Made by a program: the position numbers and the translations under genes. DNA of 64,000 bases, from the NCBI GenBank assembly GCA_000165345.1, contig CM000436.1, positions 32,001 through 96,000 on the forward strand, given 5' to 3'. The notes under the pieces are model-generated. The model saw only the letters and a list, made by a program, of their open reading frames with translations. It was not told the origin of the DNA and made no database searches. How positions within the stretch are numbered: position 1 is the stretch's first letter; each line of letters begins with the position of its first letter. Shown piece by piece: positions 10,539 through 20,700 of this stretch.

Positions 10539-10554
10539 TTGGCGCCGGCGCCAA
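10539..10554. promoter_or_regulatory. Perfect 16-bp palindrome TTGGCGCCGGCGCCAA (two overlapping E2F-like boxes) in the divergent promoter between the E1-like gene and RPC2
   Basis: The palindrome is read directly from the sequence and is GC-only within AT-rich spacer. Confidence 0.5.
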
Positions 10555-10829
10555 CATGTCTTTTTTGCCTTTTAGAGGTAAATCAATTAATAAAGAGAGT
10601 AAAAACAATGTTCTTTTCTTATTCCTTCTAAATTGAAAGAATAGAAAGAATTGAGGAGAGCTACTAACTTTAATTAACGAGATCTTAAATCGCTGGCCTT
10701 TGTTTTTTTTAAGCTCAACTAAGAAGTTTCAATTTTCTAGTTACTATAATAACTAAGATATAGTCAATAAATGAAAAATTGATTGCAAATAGTGAGTATA
10801 TTTTGTCTTGAATATAATATATAATTCAT

Positions 10830-13800
10830 TTGAAAGGAGCTGAAAAAATGTCAGGTGAAAAGAAAGTTAGATTTTCTGATAATGACTTCATTGAAGTGGA
10901 TACAATCCAAGTAAAAGATGAGGAAATGGAGGACTTTCAAAGTAAAGTGGAAGAAGTCGCTAAGCTTGATGGAAACGGTACTAAAATGATGAACATTGAT
11001 GTAAATATGAATTTAGATACGGATTTAGATGATTTAAAAGAGAAGAAAACTTGTCTAATAAATGACACAGAGAAATCATCTTCCCAAGGTCTATTTGATA
11101 CTAAAATGGAGATTGAAGAAAGTAAAAATGATAAGTTGGATGACTTATTGAAACCAGTTAATACTATGAAAGATAAGTGGAGACTTCTTCCATATTTTTT
11201 GAAGACTGAAGGCTTAGTTAAGCACCATATTGATTCCTATAACTACTTTGTGACCACGGAAATACAAAGTATTGTTCGAGCAAATGCTAACCGAATGATC
11301 AGAAGTGACGTGGATCCCTCATTTTTTATAGAGTTCTTGGATGCTAGGGTTGGAATGCCAAAGCTTGAGGAAAATATGATTACTGTTGACTTGACTCCTA
11401 TGATGTGTAGGATGAGAGATATTACTTACGCCGCACCAATCTTTGTAGATGTTGACTATGTAAGGGGAAACACTGTTGTCAGGAAGAAGAACGTAGAGAT
11501 TGGTAGGATTCCTGTTATGTTAAGATCTAAAGTATGTATTTTGCATGGAAAAACTGCAGCTGAAATGGTAAAGCTTAATGAATGTCCTCACGATCCAGGT
11601 GGTTATTTTGTAGTTAAAGGAACAGAAAAGGCTATTTTAATGCAAGAGCAGCTTAGTAAAAATAGAATCATTGTAGAATTAGACAATAAACACAACTATT
11701 GTGCAACAGTTACGTCTACAACTGCTGAAAGTAAAAGCAGAACTCTTGTAGTCTTTAAGAACGGAAAGTTGTATTTACGTCACAATTCATTTTCTGATGA
11801 AATACCTCTCTGTATTGTGCTTAAAGCAATGGGAATTGAAACTGAACAAGAAATATTCTTTATGATTGGAAACGAGCCTCATCACCAAGAAGGAATTATA
11901 AACTCCCTTCAAGAGGTACATCAAGAAGGGATTTTCACTCAGAGACAAGCACTACTTTTTATGTCAAAGAAAGCCAAATCTAAGTTTAAATCAACTTTTG
12001 GCTCTAGTCGAGGTTTTGATAAATCTAATGCGGAAGAAAGTGCTGAGAATTCTGGCTTTACTGAATTTGGAGGCTCAAAAAGCTCATTATGTGGCACTAG
12101 TATTGATGATGTTCTTGAAACCCTAAATAGGGTATTACTTTCACATATTGGAACTATTTATACTGATCTCCATCCAAAAGCCTTATTTCTCTGTTTAATG
12201 GCAAAAAGAGTTTTGGATGCTTCTGAAGATAATTCTCTACTGGATGACAAAGACTATTATGGTAATAAAAGGATTGAATTGGCTGGACAACTTATTTCTA
12301 TCTTATTTGAAGACCTTTTCAAGAGATTTTCAGTTCTTACTAAAAAACAAATCGATCAAACTTTGATTCGTTATTTCCAAACAAGAGATGCCAGTAAAGC
12401 AGGCACAGGAAGAGACGATTCAAACTCGACATATCCTGATTGCTTTAGAAACCTTCCAACTGATATTATTACAAGAGGAATGCAAACTGCTCTTAGCACT
12501 GGAAACTGGTCAATTAAACGTTTTAGAATGGAAAGGAGTGGAATGACACAAGTTCTAACTAGATTTTCATATATCGCATCTCTTGGAATTATGACACGAG
12601 TTGACTCCCAATTTGAAAAGGCTAGAAAGGTTAGTGGTCCTAGAGCTCTACAACCTTCTCAATGGGGAATTTTATGTCCTTGTGATACTCCAGAAGGAGA
12701 ATCTTGTGGATTAGTAAAGAACTTAGCTTTGACTACTCATATTACTACTGATCATTGTCCACAATATCTAACTAGTTTATTATTTACATTAGGAGTTCAA
12801 GATATTTCATCATGTTCATATCTCGACTTTAATACTAAACAATCTGAAAAGTTATCAAACGAAGATTTGAAAAACGAATCTTCTGGAAAGAATAATGTAA
12901 AAAAGCACTATTATGTATCTATTAATGGTTCTCTTTTAGGAGTTCATAGAAAACCTGAGTTACTTGCAAGCCAGCTCAGAAATTTGAGAAGAAAAGGGTT
13001 TATTGGACAATTTGTATCCATTTTTTGTAATCATATCCATTCGTCTGTTCAGATTGCCACAGATGGAGGAAGACTTTGTAGGCCCTTGATTATCGTAGAT
13101 CAAGGAGTTCCAAGATTAAAAGAAGAACATATTGAACAGTTAAAAAGAGGTGAAATCATTTTTAGCGATTTTATTTCTCAAGGTATTTTAGAATGGATTG
13201 ATGTAAATGAGGAGAATAACTTATTAATAGCTCTTAGAGATGAAAACTTAACAAATGAGACCACACATTTGGAAATTGATCCTCTTTCAATCTTGGGAGT
13301 TGTTAGTGGATTGATTCCTTATCCAAATCACAATCAGAGTCCAAGAAATACTTATCAATGTGCTATGGGAAAGCAAGTTATGGGTTCTGTAGGATTTAAT
13401 CAATTCCTGCGTTGTGATTCTGTTTTGTATCTTTTGGTTTACCCTCAAAAACCTCTTTGCAAAACTAGAACTATAGAAATGATTAACTTTGAGCAACTTC
13501 CTGCAGGTCAAAACTCTTCTGTTGCTGTAATGAGTTTTGCGGGCTATGATATTGAAGATGCTATTGTTATGAACAAAGCTTCTGTAGATAGAGGGTTTGC
13601 TAGATGTTTTGTAATGAAAAGACAAACAATAGAATTGCAAAAACTACCAAATGGACTCTCGGAAAGAGTAGTTAGACCTATATCAGTAGGATCAGGCAAT
13701 ACTGGAAATAGACGATTTTCATTTAAAAATGATAGTATATTAGATAATGATGGAGTATGTAATGTAGGTGTACAAGTTTCTGAGGATGATATTATCGTTA

Positions 13801-14711
13801 ATAAAATGTCTCCTATAAATACAAGAGAATATGTTGGAGACCCATCTCAATTTGACCTTTCTGAATATAAACCTTCTCCAGTAAAATATAAAGGTCCAAC
13901 ATCATCTTATATAGATAGAGTTATCCTTACTGAAAATGCAGATGGAAACCAAATCTACAAAGTAATTACTAGACAAACAAGAAGACCAGAACTTGGTGAC
14001 AAATTTAGTTCCAGACATGGACAAAAAGGAGTTGTTGGATTAATCATTTCTCAAGAGGATCTTCCATTTTCAGAAACTGGATGGTGTCCAGATCTTATTA
14101 TGAATCCTCATGGTTTCCCATCTAGAATGACTGTTGGAAAGTTACTTGAACTTATTTCTAGCAAAGCAAGTGTCTTAGATGGAAATTATAGATATGGTAC
14201 AGCCTTTGGAGGCACTCCTCTTGAAGAATCTGCTAAATGTTTAGTAGAACATGGATTCCATTATTCTGGAAAGGAGTATCTTACATCAGGAACCACAGGA
14301 GAAGCAATTGAAGCCTATATTTTTGTTGGGCCTATTTATTACCAAAAATTGAAACATATGGTTCTCGATAAAATGCATGCAAGAGGAAGGGGTCCTAGAC
14401 AAATTCTTACCAGACAACCCACTGAAGGAAGATCTAAGGATGGAGGACTACGTCTTGGTGAAATGGAAAGAGATTGTTTAGTAGCTTATGGAGCAAGCAA
14501 CCTTCTAATTGAAAGACTTATGTTGAATTCAGACGTTTTCGAAACTAATGTATGTAATCAATGTGGTCTTTTTGGTTATAATAATTACTGTCACTATTGT
14601 AAAAGTTCTCAAGATGTGTCTATTATTAGACTTCCTTATGCATGTAAGCTATTGTTCCAAGAATTACAAGCAATGAATGTTTGTCCTAGAATAAGAACTA
14701 GTATTAAATAA
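10830..14711 (+). CDS. RPC2: DNA-directed RNA polymerase III second-largest subunit (RPC2/POLR3B)
   Basis: The ORF is 1293 aa. The N-terminus WRLLPYFLKTEGLVKHHIDSYNYF...SDVDPSFFIEFLDARVGMP is a Pol III (not Pol II) hallmark. Other motifs are GDKFSSRHGQKGVVG, GLVKNLALTTHITTD and HNQSPRNTYQCAMGKQ. The C-terminus CNQCGLFGYNNYCHYCKSSQDVSIIRLPYACKLLFQELQAMN closely parallels POLR3B (CGQCGLLGYSGWCHYCKSS...IPYACKLLFQELQSMN). The first ATG may be a few codons upstream of the true start. Confidence 0.9.
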   Translation: MKGAEKMSGEKKVRFSDNDFIEVDTIQVKDEEMEDFQSKVEEVAKLDGNGTKMMNIDVNMNLDTDLDDLKEKKTCLINDTEKSSSQGLFDTKMEIEESKNDKLDDLLKPVNTMKDKWRLLPYFLKTEGLVKHHIDSYNYFVTTEIQSIVRANANRMIRSDVDPSFFIEFLDARVGMPKLEENMITVDLTPMMCRMRDITYAAPIFVDVDYVRGNTVVRKKNVEIGRIPVMLRSKVCILHGKTAAEMVKLNECPHDPGGYFVVKGTEKAILMQEQLSKNRIIVELDNKHNYCATVTSTTAESKSRTLVVFKNGKLYLRHNSFSDEIPLCIVLKAMGIETEQEIFFMIGNEPHHQEGIINSLQEVHQEGIFTQRQALLFMSKKAKSKFKSTFGSSRGFDKSNAEESAENSGFTEFGGSKSSLCGTSIDDVLETLNRVLLSHIGTIYTDLHPKALFLCLMAKRVLDASEDNSLLDDKDYYGNKRIELAGQLISILFEDLFKRFSVLTKKQIDQTLIRYFQTRDASKAGTGRDDSNSTYPDCFRNLPTDIITRGMQTALSTGNWSIKRFRMERSGMTQVLTRFSYIASLGIMTRVDSQFEKARKVSGPRALQPSQWGILCPCDTPEGESCGLVKNLALTTHITTDHCPQYLTSLLFTLGVQDISSCSYLDFNTKQSEKLSNEDLKNESSGKNNVKKHYYVSINGSLLGVHRKPELLASQLRNLRRKGFIGQFVSIFCNHIHSSVQIATDGGRLCRPLIIVDQGVPRLKEEHIEQLKRGEIIFSDFISQGILEWIDVNEENNLLIALRDENLTNETTHLEIDPLSILGVVSGLIPYPNHNQSPRNTYQCAMGKQVMGSVGFNQFLRCDSVLYLLVYPQKPLCKTRTIEMINFEQLPAGQNSSVAVMSFAGYDIEDAIVMNKASVDRGFARCFVMKRQTIELQKLPNGLSERVVRPISVGSGNTGNRRFSFKNDSILDNDGVCNVGVQVSEDDIIVNKMSPINTREYVGDPSQFDLSEYKPSPVKYKGPTSSYIDRVILTENADGNQIYKVITRQTRRPELGDKFSSRHGQKGVVGLIISQEDLPFSETGWCPDLIMNPHGFPSRMTVGKLLELISSKASVLDGNYRYGTAFGGTPLEESAKCLVEHGFHYSGKEYLTSGTTGEAIEAYIFVGPIYYQKLKHMVLDKMHARGRGPRQILTRQPTEGRSKDGGLRLGEMERDCLVAYGASNLLIERLMLNSDVFETNVCNQCGLFGYNNYCHYCKSSQDVSIIRLPYACKLLFQELQAMNVCPRIRTSIK

Positions 14712-14739
14712 ATTAAATTCTAAGGTTTAAAACTCTATT

Positions 14740-17700
14740 TTAGTTAATTGATTCTAAGATTTCTTCTATTTCCTTTTCTAATTCTTTAATAGAAGCAACA
14801 CAAATATTTTTCCATTCTTTTTTCCCTGAATTACCTTGTTTTGTTTCATCTTCTTGGTATATTATAAGTTTTGATAATAATTCTATAGAGATTTCTTGAT
14901 GTCCCGTGGGTAAATAAAAGTCTCCCATATTAATCCACTTTGAAAACTCATATTCAACTTGTTTTAACTCATTATCACTTAAACAGTTTTCTACCTGTTC
15001 TATGATTTCCCTTCCTTCCTGTTCAAATAAAGCTTGAAACCAAGTTACAACAGAAGAAGATGGTAAGACTATAGAAAAATCATCTTGGTTCAGTTTCTTT
15101 AAAATTTCTAAATATTTGTTTAGAAATGTCTTTATTTTAATGATCAAAGAAGATTTACCAATTTCTAGAGAAAAATCTGCTTTTTTTCTTGTTTCATTTA
15201 AGACTAAATTTCTTAAAATATCCCAACTCTTAAATAATCGTGTATTTACTAGATTTCTAGCATTTCCATACTCTAAGTTATATGTATAGTTGTAAGGTAA
15301 CAAAGAAAGTACTAATAAGTCAAATACTTGATGATTAAATTCATTGCTTTTTTCAAGAAGCTCCTCAAGTTTATTCAGGCTCATAATTTCAAGTTTCTTG
15401 TGATGTCTTAATATTATTGAAAAATCTGGAATTTGAATTTGATCTTCATTTTCACATATTTTGTGATCTCGAGTAAAATTTTTGAACAATTCAAAGTAAC
15501 TTGGGTGACTATATATTTGAGAATAAAGTTGATATTTGAAAATACGGAAAATTACCTTTGTTACCTTCTCAATCATGGTCTTGTCATCCTCATTTTCAAT
15601 TTGAATCTCTTTTCTAAGTCCATGAATTTCTATTAAAATCTCACAAAGCATGTCTATTAAATTTATATAGTAATCCATTTCTAGGCACTCCAATCCAAAA
15701 TTAATTATTGAGCTTCTGATCTCATCTTCAATCCAATTAATATGAGTATATATTAGTACAGAGAAATGTCTTTTCCCAATCAAGAATCTCATATTATTCA
15801 TAATTAATTCATAGCTTTCTTTAGAAATCCTTTCTTTTGCACTCGAGTCAGAGCCAAAACTTTTCAATGAAATTCCTTTGTGTATTAGTAATAAGTTTTG
15901 ATTTGACTTGATTACCATTTCCAATTGTATTTGATCATCTCCAAAAGATTCTAAAACTATTAGCTCATGAATTAGCTGGTAAACTCTGAGATAAACAAGC
16001 TGGTTGCAAGTTCCTTCTAAAATGGTATCTTCTTCAAGATTAAGATCTTTCTCAACTCTAAAGATATCTAAAAAGAATAAGTAAATCATCCCAACAAATT
16101 TAGTAAAGTTTGGTGGTTTATTCAACATAACAATATCATCATTTACCCCTTCTTTCTCTAGTTTAGATATTTCATTCTCAAAGTACCTTATTGATAAAGT
16201 TTGAAAATCCAGGTGTAAATCTTGTCTCAAGCTTGAAAATAAGACCTTTTTATCCAATAGAAACCACCTCAAAGATGAAACAGTCTCTAAAAAGAAGATT
16301 ACATTCTGCAAACTGGATTTATTAGATCTAGAAGAGTAAAAATAAACAAGAAGCTCAACAACGATTTCTGTAAAATCAGTAGAGTAATTAATAGAATTCC
16401 AAATTGAGACTAATGATGGTATATAATGAATTTTTTCAGTAAAAGTTGGAGTATGGTTTTTTTTAATAATATTCTGGATCAATATTTGAAGATTTTCAAA
16501 GTTAAAAACCTCCCTAATTTCATCATTTTTTATTTTGTGGTGGATATTCTCAATTGAATTAATCATGAAGAAGCCAATATAAGCAAAGTATCTTATGAGA
16601 CATAGTTCAATATCTTGAGAATTAATCATTATATCCAAGGTTTTACCACAAATAAGAATTAGATCTTGCTCATTCTTTTGAGACAAACACTGATTTTCGA
16701 AACCAGCAGTTTCTGTTAGTTTATAAAGCAAATAAAGATGAGAATGAGATAATTCTGAGCTTGATTTATCTAATTGTTTATTTGTATTTTCTAGAATTGT
16801 ATTCCAGATCCTTTCTTTAAATTCATTAGATAGTGATGAATATATTTGAATAAAGAACTCTAAAATATTAATAATGATACTGTTTTCTGGGTTTTTTGAT
16901 CCAAAGTTTAACAACATAACCATCATCTTATTTAGAGTAGTAGAAAACTTGGAAATGGATATTTTCTGTGAAGATACTGGAATCAAAGAAATAATGGACT
17001 TTAAAATCGAAAGAATTCGATTTAGGATACATGACTCAATATACATCAGATTTGCAATATAAGTTTCAAAACAACCCAAAATCAACGAAAGAATTTTGAA
17101 AATGAATTTGTTTACTTCTCCGAGAAGGTAAAGATCTGAGGCTTCTATTCCCAAATTTTCCTTATTAAAATTCCAAAAAGAGTATGCAATCATTTCTTGG
17201 GTTAATAAAGAATCAAATGTACTTACTTGAACGATTCTAGCTTGAATTGTCTCACAAATTTTTTCAATAATATCCAAATTAATAATAAATCTAACTCCTA
17301 ATATTGATCTTAATTGGTCTTCATTTGAATCAAATTCTTCTTCTGAGGAGTCCCTTTTGGTAAATATGAAAGGTTTTAATTGAATATATAGTATAAAAGT
17401 AGAAAGATTAAAACTATTATTTTCATCCAATAAGAACTTAGAAATTTCATTAATACTATTAGATTGATTGAAATCTATATTTTCTGGTTCTTTACTCAGG
17501 TATTTAATTGCTTTTATCAAAATAGAGTTAATTTTCCAAGGTTTCATAGCTTTAAGTGCTGATTTGAGAAATGATAGTGATATTTCATTATGAATTAAGT
17601 AGTTCTTTAAGATCCACTCAATCAAAATGATAATAAGTTTCTCATCTTGGTTTAGAATTAATACATAATCTTGTGTTGATAATTCCTCAAGTACTTTAGT

Positions 17701-20700
17701 TTGTCTGAGAATAAAACTGCTATTAATAATAAGAAGTCCTAAAAGATTTAAATATGGCATTCTTTTTAAAGGCTCTTGGGCAAGAATTTCTAGTGAATGA
17801 GTTTCAGAGAATATATTTGACGAGAAATAAATGTTTTTAATAAACTTCCAAAGACTAGAAAGGAAACCATCCTGATAGAAGAATATCTTGCAGGTATTTG
17901 GTATATATAATGTACCATAATAGTCAATAAATGAAATTTCGTGTAGCCTGGAATGGAATATCAGACTAAGAGAAACGCACATTAAAACATTAAAATTTGT
18001 GTAATTGTTAGTTTTTGGTTGTTTAAGATCCTCAAATGATTTTGGGTATTTCAGGAAAATCATGAAATTGTTATGAACTAATTCAATTAAATGGTTAAAT
18101 ATTTCAATATTCATGAGCTCTCTCAAACTATAGAAGCAAAGATACTCACCAAAGTAATTTAGAATAGATATACTTTTGAGAGTTAGTTGATATCTGGAAG
18201 AATCAATTTCAAATCCAAAATGTTTGTCAGATTCAACTTCAATAAAATTATTCTGAAAATTGATATCTTTTCTGACACGATAAATGAAGAATTTGTTCTT
18301 TTCTGAGATATTTCCATTAAAGTGATCTTTAAGGAAAACTTCGATAATATGAGAGAGGTCTTGGTCCATATTCTTTATCTTTGACTTGAGTATAGAAAAT
18401 AAGAAATATAAATCTGTCAAAGAATCTGAATCTTCACTTGACCTATTAGTACGTGAAAGTGAATAATTACTCCATGATATTAAGTATTCAAGTTTTTGCT
18501 TTGCATAGTAGTAATGAGAGAAGATGGATTTATTATTATGCAAGTAAGATAATAGATAAGCAAGAAGATTAAGTGTATAGTATCGAATAATGCAGGATTT
18601 GATTCTAGGTGGAAGCTTCTTTCCGTTATTTTGGCTTTGGTAGTTTATTTGTTGTTTCAAATCACGATACCTATATCCAAATAAAAATTTGATCAGAAAT
18701 GAAAATATATGGAATAGAAAATCTTGAGAATTATTAATTAGTTTTAGGTGTTCTTGATCAATTTGTGAGCTATTATTAGACACAAACATATTCAATTTAG
18801 TTATGATTTTCTCAGAAATATCCTTAAATAACCAAATAATGGATAATAGAGGTAAAATTGAGACATTATTTGGGGAAGATACCAGGCCTTTCTGAGCTAT
18901 CATGAACAATGATGGAGAAAGATCATTGTAAAATGGAAACAAATTCTGTATTTTCACATTTGAGTTTTCTTGTTGGTAGTATTGGGACTCTGAAGGTACA
19001 GATGACCAGAATTTATCAACATGGATTGACCTTTTAAGGAGTATTCTGAAGATGGTTTTGATGGTTTCATGAGAAAATAAGTTGTTTTGATCAAGAAAAT
19101 GACTTTCTGAAATAATATTAGAAAGCAACTGAGCAGTTTCTTTTCTAAAATAAACTTCCAGTTGTTGGTTTGAGGTGACCATTTTTTGGTTAATCAGAGA
19201 GGCAAATTCTGAATGAGGTAGCATAGATTCCATAAGTCCAAGCCTAGAAGTAGTATTATAGTCATTTTGAGTGGTAATATAGCTATTATATTTTGGAAGA
19301 GATAATATATCATTATTTGAGAATAAGGCTATGGATATATTGTTGTATTTTTTGATTTCGTTAATATTGGAAAGATTGGTTGAAGGAAAAACTTCAGATG
19401 GAACCTTCAAGTCTAACATTAGTATTTGATCTGATGCAACATCAGAAATAAGCATTGCCAGAGATCTATTTGAAATTGGAGGATGATTTATGTAAGAAAA
19501 TAGACTTTTGTTTAGTTGCTTATAAACTGAAAGCTTTAGAGACATGATTAATGCACTAATATGTACGGATTTTGAAAAGCAGTTCTGATCTCCAATAAAA
19601 GGGAAAATAAACTTTTCAATAGTTTGGAGAAAAACTTTCATATGATCATTGGATTTAGTTCCAGAAGGTGGATTAATTGTGTCTTTTGAGAATGAAGAGT
19701 TCCTGAGGTACTCTCCAACATCTTCGAGGGAGCTGGAAGGAGAACATAATATAGAGCCAAGCTCAGGATTAATTTCAGAGGCTGAGAAATCATTATTTGT
19801 TTCTGGGAAGAACTTTGTCCAGCTTAAAGGTATAAAAGGAAGTAAACATTCTATAATAGAGAAACAAGCCTTCATAAGAAACTTTTCTAGTTTATTATTC
19901 TCTGTATGAGATTTTTCATTTTGGTTAAGCATTTCTAAAAGTTCAATATAAAGATGGAAAGATTCAATAGTAGTCCATAATAGAGCTAGCCATCGTTTCA
20001 GATCCTTGAATAGAAGAATAACAGGGTTTTCTTTTTCGTCATCAAAGATGGTCCATGTTTCAGATTCATTACTTTCCATAAGAAGTTGAAGTCTTTCGCA
20101 TGATTCTGTTAAAGACTCAATAACTACGACAATTTTCTCTATTGTATAATTTGATAAAATACTTTTCCAGATTGGAACTAGTAGGTATAGTTTGGAAACT
20201 AAAGTTGTAGCTATGGAATCAATATCATTATTTTTATACTTGTTTAAGTAAAGAATATTAGTTAGCAAGTTTTGGATGAGGAGGAAAATATTGTTGAAAA
20301 TGAACAGCTTCTCATCGGAGTTTGTTGGATCTGAAAAGATTTGAATTTCTGGAGACTCAACCAGATAATAAATAATGTGGTTTAGAATTCCAATGGTAAT
20401 TAAAGGGTTTGAACAGGAATTGGAAATTCCTATTAAGAAATGTGAGTTATGGAGCAAAGCTTCGTGGAATTCAGTATTATTTGTTTCACTTTGACCGATC
20501 GGTATCTTTTCTTTGGTAAAGGATATAGAATTTAGTAGGATAGATTCAATATTTTCAACCAAAAGAAGATCATTATGATGATTATTACGTGGAAAATAGT
20601 ATTGGCTTATCAAGATAGCTGAAACATAACCAGAAAGATAACTGGTTAGAGGTATTTCAAAGTTCTCAGTAAGGGAAATTTGAAAAATCCATCTTAAAAA

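Noticed and set aside
10830-14711. Initial reading of the polymerase subunit as RPB2 (Pol II)
   Set aside because: The N-terminal HHIDSYNYF / SDVDPSFF block and the C-terminal CxxCGLxGY...CHYCKSS zinc ribbon match Pol III RPC2, not RPB2. It is therefore called RPC2.
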